Positions 26,537 through 41,049 of a stretch of DNA of 64,000 nucleotides are shown here, in pieces. The stretch comes from Octopus vulgaris. Lineage: Eukaryota. The stretch is from assembly GCA_951406725.2 (NCBI GenBank), contig OX597837.1, forward strand, positions 44,826,001 to 44,890,000, in the 5' to 3' direction. A model generated the notes under the pieces. The model was not told the origin of the DNA. It worked only from the letters and a program-made list of their open reading frames with translations, and searched no databases. The stretch's first letter is position 1. The number at the start of each line of letters is the position of its first letter. The position numbers were made by a program, and so were the translations under genes.

Positions 26537-27307
26537 ATTGACTAAGGGTGTGATTAACACCCACATTGCTAGAAATAATAGCTAAAGTGCTCCAATGTTG
26601 AAAGTCATGGACAGGCATGATAATTCACCTCTAATTTCATCTAGGAGTGATGGACATCGATGTTTCGCCATTTTTGTGGCTTATCAACATCACGTACTCG
26701 AATCGAATCGGAGGTGAACCATACCGACAGTCCACGATCTATATGCATACAGTGTGAAAACAATGTGCTCGTATGCTCAGACAATGCATACATAAGAATA
26801 AATTCAGATATGAAACGGAAACAGCGTTTATGTTATAAACATTATCGACCACGTATACGTAACGCACAACAGCAGTGTATTTGTTGGTTTGGCACAAATA
26901 TTGTGATAATTACCAAAAGAGGAGACTTTCATATGGTAATTTGGTGCATTTAAAACGCATCATAGCTATCACTAGCGACAGTCAATCATCGCTACCAGGA
27001 CTAAGGGATCAGATGATTTCGGCCTCGTTTGGCCTTGTCAATAACAAATACCTCGCAGCTAGAAAAGCAGTAAATGCGCTGACAGCGATATCCTGGTTTG
27101 TCAGAGTCAAACCAGGCGTTGATGTCGCTAAAAGGCTTATAAGAAAATAAATAGAGCGACAGTGATCGATTTTCACCGTTGCGGGGTCGATAAATTAAGT
27201 ACCAGTTATGTACTGGGGGTTGATGCAATTGACTTACTCCCTACACTGAAATTGCCGCGCTTGTACCAAAATCAGAAGTCAGTATGAAGATACTGAACAA
27301 GATTTCT

Positions 27308-27526
27308 TACTCTTTTACTTTTTTACTTGTTTCAGTCATTTGACTGCGGCCATGCTGGAGCACCGCCTTTTAGTCGAGCAAATCGACCCCAGGACGTATT
27401 ATTTGTAAGCCTAATACTTATTCTATCGGCCTCTTTTGCCGAACAGCTAAGTTACGGGGACGTAAACACACCACCATCTGTTGTCAAGCGATGCTGGGGG
27501 GACAAACACAGACACAAACATATACA

Positions 27527-27594
<68 letters not shown>

Positions 27595-27613
27595 TAGATA
27601 GATAGATAGATAT

Positions 27614-27660
<47 letters not shown>

Positions 27661-27834
27661 TACATATATACGAGGGGCTCCTTTCAGTTTCCGTCTACAA
27701 AATCCACTCACAAGGCTTTGGTCGGCCCGAGGCTATAGTAGAAGACACTTGCCCAACGGTGCCACGCGGTGGGACTGAACCCGGAACCATGTGGTTGGTA
27801 AGCAAGCTACTTACCACACAGCCACTCCTACGTC
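27308..27834 (-). mobile_element. Family-A SINE, full length
   Basis: Reverse-complement match to 49179-49605; internal (TA)n(GA)n(GATA)n. Confidence 0.9.
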
Positions 27835-27983
27835 TATCTTGATGTGTTAACGCAATGGAGTGCCGTGCTAGAGAACCACAATGATCAAAACTCTACTGGC
27901 CCGAAAGATTTAATGAAACATATATATGTGTCTGTGTGTATGTGAATATATATATGTGTGCGTTTCGGTGTGTTTCTGAGTGA

Positions 27984-28043
<60 letters not shown>

Positions 28044-28244
28044 CCGTGTAATGATATCTAATAAACAAGTGAATTAACAGCAATATTAATGCAGTCTTTA
28101 TCTTTGCTACATCGTATATCACGGTATTGAAATGTGCGAAATGAAACGAGGAGAAAGAAGTTGGTGTCAATTATCCTTTAATTACTTTTTCACATTTTCT
28201 CACCTTCGTTTCCTGATTGGCCAATAAATCACTTTGTAAATAAC

Positions 28245-28830
28245 AGCAACAACATCAACAAGAACAACAGCAGCAACAACAAAAGCAGCTGCAGTAATAA
28301 CAATAACGACGAAGACGATTGCTACGGCGCTGACGACGGCGATGCTCACGACGACGGCAGCCGTAATAACAGTAACGACGAAGACGATTGCGCCGGCGGT
28401 GAGGATGGCGATGTTCACTCGCGACGACGGCAGCGGTAGCATCGTACCGGCGCTTTTCAATAGCTACAGTGACATCAATGAATGCAGCAACTGTTGCGTC
28501 CACGATGGCGACTAGGCAACGACAGCCACAACAACAACAACAACAACAGCAACAACAACAATAACAGCAAGAACAACAAAGGCGATAACAAAAGCAATAA
28601 CAACGACAAAAGGCAAACAAGCAGATCAATAGAGCTATCTCGCTGATGACGACTCAAACCATAACAACAACAACAACATCAGGCACAACAACGACAATTA
28701 CAGCAACATCAGGAAGGAAAGAACAGCCGCAGATTATACGATGACATAAAAAGCAACAACAAAAACAACACAGGTTGTAACAATATCAATAACAACACCA
28801 ACACCTCCACCAACAACAACAACAAGAAAT
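28245..28830. repeat. Degenerate CAA/CGA/CAG trinucleotide low-complexity tract
   Basis: 3-bp periodicity; includes a duplicated gtaataacaXtaacgacgaagacgattgc. Confidence 0.8.
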
Positions 28831-29247
28831 TAGTTGATGTGACGTCAAGAGGTCTCTTTCTCGCGATTCCTCTTTGTCTCTTTTCTCTCCTCCTCCCTCC
28901 TCCTCTCCCTCACTCTATCTTCTCTCTAAGAACACAAAAACGAAGCCGGCTTTGACATTTTCAGCGTGCTACGTGTTATTGTTTTACACAGGAAGAATCT
29001 GCGTAAAGGAACCATGGACGGACCCTTTATCCGAGAGCTCGACATGCTAGAAATAGCAACAAAAGTCTCCTTCAAATCGCATGCTATAGACTTAAAGACA
29101 CAAAGGACACACTTCATATTGTAGTTCTAAATATATTAAATCTGAATAAAACACGGGATTGTCACTGTTGAAACAGCATTAAGTATAAGTCTACCTTGGA
29201 CTAAACAACAACGAAGACCAAATGACTAGTCTGGCGTTGATTAGTCT

Positions 29248-29454
29248 TTACTCTCTTTTACTTGTTTCAGTAATTTCACAGCGGCCATGCTGGAGCACCG
29301 GCTTTAGTCGAGCAAATCGACCCCCAGGACTTATTCTTTGTAAACCTAGTACTTATTCTATCGGTCGCTTTTGCCGAACAGCTAAGTTACGGGAACGTAA
29401 ACACACCAGCATCGGTTGTCAAGCGATGTTGGGGGGGGGACAAACACAGACACA

Positions 29455-29494
<40 letters not shown>

Positions 29495-29652
29495 TATATA
29501 TATATACGACCGGCTTCTTTCAGTTTCCGTCTACCAAATCCACTCACAAGGCGTTGGTCGGCCCGAGGCTATAGTAAAAGACACTTGCCTAAGCTGCCAC
29601 GTAGTGGAAATGAACCCGGAACCATGTGGTTGTTAAGCACGCTACTTACCAC
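29248..29652 (-). mobile_element. Family-A SINE, slightly 5'-truncated
   Basis: Reverse-complement match to family A. Confidence 0.88.
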
Positions 29653-29689
29653 AATTCTAGAAGATCTTAGTTGATATTACACGCTTATC

Positions 29690-30306
29690 AGAGTGGTGCT
29701 CTGGTAGAACTGTTAGTATGCCGGACGAAAAGCCTACCGTATTTCGACGTCGCTACGTTCTGAGTTCAGATTCCGCCGAGGTTGACTTTGCTTTTCATCT
29801 TTACGGGGTCGAGAAATTAAGTACCAGTAGAACAGGGGGGTCGATGTTATCGACTAGTTCCCTCCCCCAAAATTTCAGGCCTTGTGCCTATAGTAGAATG
29901 AATTATTACACGCTTATTAGAATGGCGAGCTGGCAGAATTATCAGTCTTTACGTTCTGAGTTCAGATTCCGTTGAGGTCGACTTTTCCTTTTATCCTTTT
30001 GGGGTTGATAAAATAAATGCCAGTTGAATAATCGACGTGCATCCTCCTCCCAAATTACTGGCCTTGTGCTAGAATTTGAAACCATTATTACTGCTTATTA
30101 TCTTTATTTTTGTCGTTTACTTGTAGCAGTCTTTGGACTGCGGCCATGCCGGGGCACCGCATTGAATGGTTTTAGTCGAGCGAATCGACTCCACAGCTCA
30201 GTTTGTAAATTTGGTGCATATTCTGTTGGTCTGACTTGGTTATTGGGTCGCAGTTATCAAGCGGTAGAGGGGTCAGACACAAACATAAAGAAACACACTC
30301 ACTCAG

Positions 30307-30352
<46 letters not shown>

Positions 30353-30480
30353 AGACACAGACACACACAAACACAAGGCTTTTTTTAGAAAACACTTGCC
30401 GAAGGTGTCACGCAGTAGGACTGAACCCAGGACCATGTGGTTGGTAAGCAAGCCACTTACCACACAACCACTCCTATGCT
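29690..30480. mobile_element. Cluster of older SINEs: two family-B-related (+) and one family-A (-)
   Basis: cgttctgagttcagattccg at ~29756 and ~29952; family-A head at 30390-30480. Confidence 0.75.
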
Positions 30481-30574
30481 TATTTGCAGAAAAAAATGGG
30501 TATTCTCTTATGACATTTTCTACAAATTCCTTCCAGATGATGTAGGTTACGAATGTATCAGAATTTGATATGGA

Positions 30575-30935
30575 AAAAAACAATGGTGGACGCACACACA
30601 AGGGAACCAGTCAGAGTCCTTCCCGTTCGCCCACATTATAGAGCTGTTGGTACTGTTATAGAGCTGTTGAAACAGGGTGGGGATCTTGCGAGGCGCACCG
30701 ACGAGTTTGAAGATTTTCCAGAAGGATGCGTGGTCGACCCTATCGAAACCTCAAACCTCCCTTGACTTCGGCGAAGGCGGTGCAGAGATGGAGATCTTTG
30801 CAGAACTCCTGAGATCTTTCAATGATGAAACGAAGGGCAAAAATATGGTCAGCAGTAGATCGATTCAGTATAAATCCGGCTTGTTGTGGGCGGTGTCTGC
30901 TTGTAATGGCAGGAATAGCACGGCTGAGGAGGATC
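30575..30935 (-). mobile_element. RTE-like LINE reverse transcriptase fragment
   Basis: Minus strand: RPQQAGFILNRSTADHIFALRFIIERSQEF...FDRVDHASFWKIFKLVGAPRKI...LFQQLY (non-LTR RT QxGF...RSTxDHIF and AFD motifs), frameshifted. Confidence 0.8.
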
Positions 30936-31721
30936 CTGGTGAAGAGGACCCTTTGCCCTCAGCCTCCCACCTCATAGCTATCCGCTGCATACGCTGGTAC
31001 AGGCATATCATCTGTCTCCTCTCCTGCTAGATCATCCTATCAGATTTGGTCGGCTCTACGCATGATAACGCCCCTGGAACCAGTACTTCGAATGACCCCC
31101 AGCTCCATTAAGCAACAGCATGAAACCAACACACCAAGCGGACTCACGGACATACTGATATCACAATTTTTTTCAAAATTTCTAGTTTGATTTCGTAATG
31201 TGCGTGACAGTGTGTATGTGTACGCGTCCACCAATTTACTTTATATAAATTTTGAATTAATCGTAATACATACCATCTGAAATGCATTTATTGAAAATTT
31301 CATCAGAAACTAGCCATTTTCCTGAAAGTTATGAGTAAACAAAGTCAACTCGCATGTGTTTTCCGAAACTCATTTCCAGACCCTCGGTAAAACTTTCTCA
31401 CCAAAACTTCCATTATAATCGAAATCTACACCACTTGAAGAATATTTGTAGAAAATTTCGTTTTAAAATCTCCATTTTTCTGGAAGTTATGAGGAAAGTA
31501 AGTCGTCGAGGAAGACTTGCGTGGGTAGGCTAAATTTCTTTCTTACCCTGCAGGCGAAATCCAACACGATTCATTATTCATTAATAACGAAAAACAAAAA
31601 TTAAAACGCTAAAAAGAAATATTAATTATATATCTAGTTGCTATATATACATGGACGAACGTTGTAAATCTAACTTTTAAAATAGAATCACACACACACA
31701 ACACACACACAACACACACAC

Positions 31722-31770
<49 letters not shown>

Positions 31771-32011
31771 CACACACACACACACACACCGAAGCAAGAA
31801 TAAAAACCCAGTAAAAATGATGAGAATACATTGAATCAAAGAAGGAAGAAAGAATTTAAAAATTAAGAGAAATTCGCCTAAATCCACTATTTCACAATTA
31901 TCATATTCATTGGACAGCGCAGTAAATTCTCGATGCTTCTTTCAGCCACGTGAAATTTCTGCGTGGGTGACATAATGCATTGCTTCTCTTAAGAATCGGC
32001 ATCGCATTGAA

Positions 32012-32395
32012 GGCGGCGAGGTGGCAGAATAGTCAGCACGTCTGCCACTACGTTCTGAGTTCAAATTCCGCCGAGGTCGACTTTGCCTTTCATCCTTTCG
32101 GGGTCGATTAGATAAGTACCAGTTACGCACTGGGGTCGATATAATCGACTTAATCCGTTTGTCTGTCCTTGTTTGTCCCCTCTGTGTTTAGCTCCTTGTG
32201 GGTAGTAAAGAAATAGGTATTTCGTCTACCGTTACGTTCTGAGTTCAAATTCCGCCGAGGTTGACTTTGGCCTTTCATCCTTTCGGGGTCGATAATTTAA
32301 GCACCAGTTACGCACTGGGGTTGATGTATTCGACTTAATCCCTTTGTCTGTCCTTGTTTGTCCCCTCTATGTTTAGCCCTTGTGGGCAGTACAAA
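32012..32395 (+). mobile_element. Family-B SINE dimer
   Basis: Two body units joined at aagaaatagg|tatttcgtct. Confidence 0.9.
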
Positions 32396-32629
32396 ACATT
32401 AAAAAAATGGATCATTATTGCATTGCTTCTTATAAGAATCGTTAGCATATCGGACAAAGTGCTTAGCGGTTTTTCACCTGCCTTTCCGTTCTGAGTTCAA
32501 GTTCCACCGAATGTGACTTTACCTTTTCTCCTTCCGAGGTCAATAAAATAAATATGAATTGAGCAATGGCTGTCCTTGTATCAAAATTTTATGCCATTAT
32601 TATTTTGCTTCTTAATTATCTCGCTTTAT

Positions 32630-32855
32630 TCTCTTAGCTGTTTCAGTCAGTTGACTGCGGCCATGCTGGAGCAGCACCTTTAGTCGAGCAAATCAACCCC
32701 TAGTACCCAGAATAAGTACTAGGCTTTGTAAGCCTAGTACTTATTCTATCAGTCTTTTTTGCCGAAACCGCAAAGTTACGGGGACGTAAACACACCAGCA
32801 TCGGTTGTCAAGCGATGTTGAGGAGACAAACAAAGACACACAAACCCATACACAC

Positions 32856-32886
<31 letters not shown>

Positions 32887-32897
32887 TACATATATAC

Positions 32898-32949
<52 letters not shown>

Positions 32950-33200
32950 CGGGCTTGTTTCAGTTTCCGTCTACCAAATCCACTCACAAGATTTTGGTCG
33001 GCCTGCAGGGTAAAAACGAAATTTGGCATACCTACAGAGATCTGCCTCCGAGTTTTACTTTCCTCATAACTTCTAGGAAAATGGATTTTTTTAAATGAAA
33101 TTTTCTAGAAATATAGTTGAAGGTACTTGCCGAAGGTGCCATGCAGTGGGACTGAACCCAGACCATGTGGTCGGGAAGCAACATTTTTAACACATAGATA
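32630..33200 (-). mobile_element. Family-A SINE with ~110-bp foreign insert
   Basis: Family-A sequence interrupted at 33003-33112. Confidence 0.8.
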
Positions 33201-33449
33201 AGCACGTAAATTAGCGGTTCTGTAAAAGAGATTGATAAAATTATGTGATGAGTCGAAAAGAAAAGACAAAAAAAGATTAAAAGATTTGCTCGGGTGAAAT
33301 CCCTCAAGTTGATGCTCTATCATGGCCGTATTCTAATGATGAAACAAATATAAAGATTAAAGAGTATTTCTTGGTGAATAGTGAAACCCCTTAGTACAAA
33401 TCTTCACGCATTCATTCTATAACTTTCTCGCTCACTTTCGTTGTTTATA

Positions 33450-33865
33450 GTACCTGGAAGTAAAGTGTGTCGAGTGCGGTCGTCTCAAAAGAAGATCGCG
33501 TTTCAGCTGCGGAGGAGCTTTTAGACTGTGCCGCAGAAGACGAACACATTTTGAAAAACAGTCATAACAGGTGACGAATTGTGGGTTACGGCTACGACCC
33601 GGAAAACCAACGTTTGATAGAAATCCCATTTTTGAGAAAAAAAATTTCAAAACCTCGAGAAAATCCAAGAGGATGCGACAAGGCAGCTGCTCGCTATCAC
33701 CAAAACAGGAGTCCTAGCAGAGCTTCCGTTAATGGAACCAACGTTGCATTAAATGTGCGGCTTTCGAAGGAAGCCACTTCGAAAGAGACCAAATGCCAAA
33801 TTGATATGTGCAGAAGTTTAGTTTTTATCGCACCAGAACCAGATACTTTCTGATCAGACATCGTA
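33450..33865 (+). mobile_element. Internally deleted mariner relic
   Basis: DRVSAAEELLDCAAEDEHIL..VITGDELW.YGYDPE (first catalytic D motif) joined to C-terminal IQEDATRQLLAI...CIKCAAFEGSHFE; ends ...gatcagacatcg|TA. Confidence 0.75.
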
Positions 33866-34178
33866 CATGCACGTAACTTACCGTCGCATAAGAGGTCGAG
33901 ATGGCCACGGTTGGATATTAGGTCAGCTGATGTAGTCTGGCGCTAAACAACAACAACGAGTTCCTATTGTGATTATTTCGTATTTCATATTAAATGCGTC
34001 TTTCGCAAATAAAAGGAAGGGCGAAAAATAAATAAGAAAAATAAATACGAAAAATTGCAGACGATAGCTTCTTTCCAAGATGCGAATTTAACTAAACCAA
34101 TTAGATTTATCTAAAAATAACCATTGCAAGGCGCTATATATTCCACACACACACACACATATATATATATACACACAC

Positions 34179-34239
<61 letters not shown>

Positions 34240-34363
34240 TTGATAAATAGATCGATAGACAGACAGATAGATATATGCTCATATGTATATATACATATAT
34301 ACATACATACAAATTATATATATATATATAGTTGTATGTATGTCTATGTATGCATGTGTGCAA

Positions 34364-34405
<42 letters not shown>

Positions 34406-34657
34406 GTATATGTATATATACGTAAATAGTTTGTATATATGTATATGTATATATACGTAAATAGTTTGTATGTGTGTATGTATATATATGCGTGTGTGTA
34501 CGTGTGTGTGTGTGTACATCCACAAATATTATATATGCATATATAATACATACACGTACATAAACACACTCACACACACCAATGTAGAATTTTTTCATTC
34601 GTTTCATGTTCGTTTGTAATGCATACAAATGAAAATAAAACAAGACAGAATTGTCTC

Positions 34658-34694
<37 letters not shown>

Positions 34695-35033
34695 GAGAGA
34701 GAGATAAAGGGAGGGAGAGAGAAAGGGAGAGAGAGAAAGAGAGAGAGAGTATCTGAAGGGGTGGTGGCAGACGGCAGACGGCAGACCGGGAGGGAAAAAT
34801 AGAAAGAAAGTGAAAGAGGAAAAAAAATAATGGTAAATAATGTAGCCAAGTAAAATATTACCAAAATCTTTCAGGAAGGAAGTGAATAGAAAACTTAAGC
34901 AGTTGAAATGATAAAGATTTATACTGTAACTACATGAGTTATGCCCATACATTCTGACATTTGTGTGGAGCTGTACACGGCTCTTATATATCCTGACATA
35001 CACCGTCATGTGAGTATGCATTTATGCGTATAG

Positions 35034-35745
35034 GTCATTATTCAGTTTATTTCAAGATTTCTTGCCAATAGAGAAAGAACCGGTTTCTAACCTACATCCA
35101 AGGCTCCTTCCTTGGAATTTCAACATCAACAACACGGTATTTTTGTATGTATGTATGTATTTATGTATGTATGTAAGTATGTATGTATTTATGTATGTAT
35201 GTATGCATGTATGCATGTATGTATGTATGCATGTATGTATGTATGTATGTATGTATGTACGTATGTATTTATGTATGTATGTATGTATGTATGTATGTAT
35301 GTATGTATGTATGTATGTATTTATGTATGTATGTATGTATGTATGTATGTATGTATGTACGTATGTATTTATGTATGCATGTATGTATGTATGTATGTAT
35401 GCATGCATGTATGTATGTATGTATGTATGTATGTAAGTATGTATGTATGTATGTATGCATATGCAGATTTGTGTGTTTTATGTATGTATTCCCATGCATA
35501 TAATTGCATATGTACACATGCTCATATATATTTGAATGATAAACTTTTGGAAAGTTTTACAGATTTTTACAGTTCCAGTGATGGATTGGATCTGTAGTCT
35601 GCGAATTAGCTTTCTCCTGGTTTTGAGAAACCTCATTTCTACAACTGTGCACAGCTCCTTTTCTCTATCCCTAATCATTATATCAGGCCTGTTGTGCTTA
35701 CATTTTATTGAGGTCTTCCCTGGACATTCCACCACTATTCCATAC
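35034..35745 (-). mobile_element. R4/Dong-like LINE 3' end with (TACA)n in UTR
   Basis: KTSIKCKHNRPDIMIRDREKELCTVVE (RLE PD..D/E motif) and KLIRRLQIQSITGTVKICKTFQKFII; UTR ends aaataaactgaataatgac. Confidence 0.8.
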
Positions 35746-35776
<31 letters not shown>

Positions 35777-35854
35777 TGTATGTATGTATGTATGTATGTA
35801 TGTATGTATGTATGCATGCATGCATGTATGTATGTATTTATGTATATCATTATT

Positions 35855-36262
35855 TATTTTATTTCAAGATTCCTTGCCAAAAAAGGCCTGTTTCTAAGCT
35901 AGATCATTGAAATTTCAACAACCTCAACCGTGTATTTTTGCGTATATGTATGCACCTAAGCAGTATTTGGAGTCAGTGCATGTGCAAATAAGCATGGTTT
36001 GTATTATGTATGTATTCCCATGCATATAGTTGCATCTCTAGATATGCACATATATACTTAAATGATAAACTTCTGGAAAGTTTTACAGATCCACTGATGG
36101 ATTGGATCCGTAGTCTTCGAATCCAATGCCCCAATATTTAAGAGTATAAACCTGAGTTTTGAATCTTTGTAGACTAGCTGTAGATTTCTCAATAGCTCAG
36201 CATAAGTATTTCGTTTTTCGCTGACCTTTAGCTTTATGTTAACATCCGCTGGGCAGCAAAAT
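35855..36262 (-). mobile_element. Second R4/Dong-like LINE 3' end
   Basis: CPADVNIKLKVSEKRNTYAELLRNLQL...IGALD...ICKTFQKFII; same UTR family as 35034-35745. Confidence 0.78.
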
Positions 36263-37099
36263 AAAAACATGATTCAAAGGATTTAGCGGTACATATGTTT
36301 CGGGCCTTTATTAGACGGTTTTATAACAATGCATAATTGATGTAAATGTGTGTGTATGGCCTTCTTCAGCCGCGTACAATTACTACTTCAAGGACATTTA
36401 TATATATATATATATGTATATATGGATTTCTGTAATTATGTATATCTACGTATGTATGTGTGAACATGTGTTTGTGTGTGATACTCTGTTTATATGTGAT
36501 TTACGCAGTGACGAGCTGGATCCGATTGACACCGGTTCGCACGAGCCGGTTGGTAGAACTTTTATAAATGAAATCCGGTTGCTGGATGCTGGGGCGAGAT
36601 CTATAAAGAATGGCTATGCCAAATATGCCACAGATGCAAAATGGCTCAATCCACCCGCGCTGGCAATTTTACCACTTTAGTCAAATTTAATCATTGCTAA
36701 CACGAGTGAGGTGTTTTATTTCAATGATAAAGTCGTAAAAGTCGTAAAATTTAATTAGCGTGATCGCAGCAAGGAAATGTATCGGCATGCTTTTAAATTT
36801 CTCTGAATTTATGAACGGCTTCCGTGTAAACGGATGTAGTTGCAAATGGTCGTAATTGCTTCTTCCTATCTTCTGCAGCTTCGTGCCTTCCTTTATAATG
36901 ATACTTTAATTCCGCCTCTACTCAATAAATTCATTGGTCATCCTAAGAACAACTCTACTAGTGGTTGTTTAATATAATCTACCTGGCCCTTTTCATATGC
37001 TCCTCCCTTATCTCAAGAATGCTCTTAATCTTTGAACTTGTCCCCTGCTCCTGTGGCTCTTAGATGTAGTGTACCCATCTGCATTTCTTTCTGTTCTAT

Positions 37100-37325
37100 C
37101 GAGCTGGCAGAAACGTTAGCACGCCGGGCGGAATGCGTAGCCGTATTTCGTCTGTCGTTACATTCCGCGTTCAAATTCCGCCGAGGTCAACTTTGCCTCT
37201 CATCCTTTCGGGGTCGATAAATTAAGTACCAGTTGCGTACTGGGGTCGATGTAATCGACTTAATCAGTTTGTCTGTCCTTGTTTGTCCCCTCTGTGTTTA
37301 GCCCCTTGTGGGTAGTAAAGAAATA
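37100..37325 (+). mobile_element. Family-B SINE monomer
   Basis: gagctggcagaaacgttagcacgccgggcg...gtagtaaagaaat. Confidence 0.9.
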
Positions 37326-38061
37326 TATATCTATATAACAAGTCATTTGAACTATATTGCTTGGCTGTGTGAGAGATGTAACAATAGACACTCCTGTACG
37401 AGTTTTCGACTTTGTTTTAAGTTTCAATGATTTTCTAACCTTCCCCTATTAGCCATCTTGCTTTATTACACTTTTCTACCACGAATTTATTTCTCCTACT
37501 CCTGGTAAATTTTGTCATTTCATCATTTACAGACAAAGGGCAAGAGCGATGAAGTGTAATATTCTTCAATATTTCCGACAAATATAAAACATGATTTTAC
37601 GTAACTTCCAAACGATATATTGACTCAGTTTTGTCGATAAGTCAAACAACCACCAAATTCCAAGGCATCTGCAATTCACCTTATATTAATATTACATTAT
37701 GGTAGTTCTAAATTCGGAATGAAGTGTCGTTTTATGATCAAATTCATGGTTAAAATTCTGCTGGCTAAGAGAAACGGCTGTTAAAATTCACACAACGCAA
37801 AATAAATAACGTAGAATGAAAACTATATTGCCGAAGATGGTGTGAAACAAAAACAAAACTCAAAAAAAAAAGAGTAAAAAAAACACACAACACCAAAGAT
37901 ATTTGAAATATAAACCACAGTAAACTCCAAACTGAATGGGTTTTATATTCAAGCAACCGTATATCCGAACACTTCTACAGAGGCATATATATTCCGATAA
38001 TCGCATGTGTAAAACAGTACGAGAATTACGAGTGTGTGTATGTAATGCATAAACATATGTA

Positions 38062-38099
<38 letters not shown>

Positions 38100-38309
38100 T
38101 GTATAAATGCATAAACATATATATATGTATATATACATACATATATATATATATATATTGAGAGAGAGTATTAATGTAAAGCAGTTACTGCGCTTCTGTG
38201 TATACGTGTGTGTGTATAGTCACCAATAAAATGATATAAATCACACTAATTCTTCCATCATATACACGCACACACATATATATAAGTATGTGTGGGGGTG
38301 TTTGCGTAT

Positions 38310-38655
<346 letters not shown>

Positions 38656-39229
38656 ACATTCATACTTTCATATGCACATCCGTTCCTATAAATTCACTCA
38701 CACATCCTGTTCATATTATATATTTCTTCTTGCAACGAGATTTCCATAGCTGCAATATAATCCTGATGATGTAATTACACACTTGTACAACTACATAAAT
38801 ACATGTATACTTGCATACACACATACATAGATGCGTGTGTACGCTCATACATACATATATACATACATATAGGCTTACATACATACATACATTACAAATA
38901 TACTTACATATATACACATAGATATTAGTATGTATATGTACAGGTCTGTGTGTTTGTGTGTTTGTGTGTGTGTGTCTTAATGTTCGTTCGCTTCAAATGT
39001 CAGGAATTATCAGTAACTCTGTAATTCTGGGAAATCAATTAAATTTGAGCCATTACCAAAGTAAGAAAATGCTTCCATTTCAACGATCTGACAGTAAATT
39101 AGCGATTCTATCCCAAGTATAGATTCTTTAAATAATCTTCAGGTTTATATGTATGTACAGAGAAACAGTAACAGAGAGAGAGAGTTAGAGAGAGAGAGAG
39201 AGTGTGTGTGTGTGTGTGAGATAGAGAGT

Positions 39230-39352
39230 GAGAGAGAGACAGATAGACAGGGAGAGAGACAGATAGACAGGAAGAGAGACAAATAGACAGGGAGAGAGAC
39301 AGATAGACAGGGCGAGAGACAGATACAAAGAGTGAGAGAGAGTGTGGGTGCG

Positions 39353-39383
<31 letters not shown>

Positions 39384-39420
39384 TAGAGAGTGGGAGAGAG
39401 ACAGATAGACAGAGGGAGAG
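39230..39420. repeat. GA-rich ~22-bp minisatellite (gacagatagacagggagagaga)
   Basis: About 4-5 imperfect copies. Confidence 0.75.
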
Positions 39421-39624
39421 AGAAAGGGAGATATGGCTACAGAGATACACTGCTAGTTATATGTCCTTACATGTGTGTATGTGAGTGTGTGTATGTATGT
39501 GTTTGTGTGTGTATACTTATATATACATAATACATATGCATAGATATGTATGTGTGTATGTATATATATGCATATATGTAACTATATACTTATATTCATA
39601 TATATGTATATGTATATATATACG

Positions 39625-39656
<32 letters not shown>

Positions 39657-41049
39657 CGCATATATAAATATTTATACATATATAATTATACGTGTATATA
39701 TATAAATTCATATAGGGAGAGATAAATATCATTTTACTGACATTTAACTGAACTGAAGACATACATCATACGTGTATATATTGATATACGTGTGTGCTGC
39801 GTGTATACTTTATTATGTATATACGAATATATGCGTACGTAGATTACTAACACACACACGAACTCATATATGATTACGCATACATTTTCTGAGAGAATCA
39901 CTAATCGTACGGAGTGAAACTAAGATGGATTAGAGAGAGGAACAATGAAAGAAGGATTAAGTGATATACGCCAAGAGAAATTTGAACAAGGTAGACATGT
40001 TGCTGGGCATAAATGCATACAGAAGTACACAGACTGCCGCACATTGTATAGAAATCCATCGAATGATGTCCTATATACTAAGTCATCAAACGGTGACGAT
40101 ATATATACTAAATTATCTAAAGGAGCGCCCTTTTATACTGAGCCATGAAAAGGTGCACCGTTCCATATCAAGAGCTCAAACGAAGTACCATTATATACTG
40201 AGTCACCAATGAGACTTGAACTTTTGTTGTTACAATTCATTATCCCTAGGTGCACCTTGGCCAAGTGTCTTCTGCTACTACCTTGTGCTGACCAAACACT
40301 TGTGAGTGGATTTGGTAGACGAAAGTCGAAAGAAACGCGTCGTACATATATACTCGTCTATATAAATGTGGATATGCTGATTATCTTCTGCATGCCCCGA
40401 TGTCGCCCGATCGGAAATATGGAGGGTAAGATTTCCTAGCATTTCTAGATTTATTTACTGGAATATTATGTTGATAAAGGAAATGACAGTCATCTGGCTG
40501 CTATTTCTAATACTTTCGGTATGTGGTCTAGCAACTTGTTGCGAAGACCCTCATTGTTATAATTATATATATATATATATATATATATAATGTACTGATT
40601 TGTGATAGAAAATTCAGCAAGAAAGTGCTGTATCTTGTGCGAGATATATATTATTTATCTAAATGTCACAATGCTTATCTTCAAACGCTGCCAATAGTTT
40701 CATGTGTTGAGAAATATCTCAAACATATCCATCAGGCACAAACCACATGTCACAATGAACTAAAAAGAATGAAGACATGAAGAAATGCGATAAAATAGAG
40801 AAGGCAGCATATAGAAAACGCGGAAGGTAAAAAGTGAAACCGGAAAACGAAAACACAAAAACTAAAATTTTGCAAACTAAGTTTTGCAGAAAAAAAAGAA
40901 AAAAAAATATCTGCAGTCGATTCCTACGACTAAGAATTCTTCGATGTGGTGCCCCAGCATGATCGCAGTCTAATGATTGAAACAAGTAAAAGATAATATA
41001 TAATAGATCTTAGCTGAGATTTTTTCGAATATAAAAACAGGTATATATG

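Noticed and set aside
36505-36680. hAT-like terminus (cagtgacgagctgg...accggttcgcacgagccggt)
   Set aside because: No matching second end or 8-bp TSD found.
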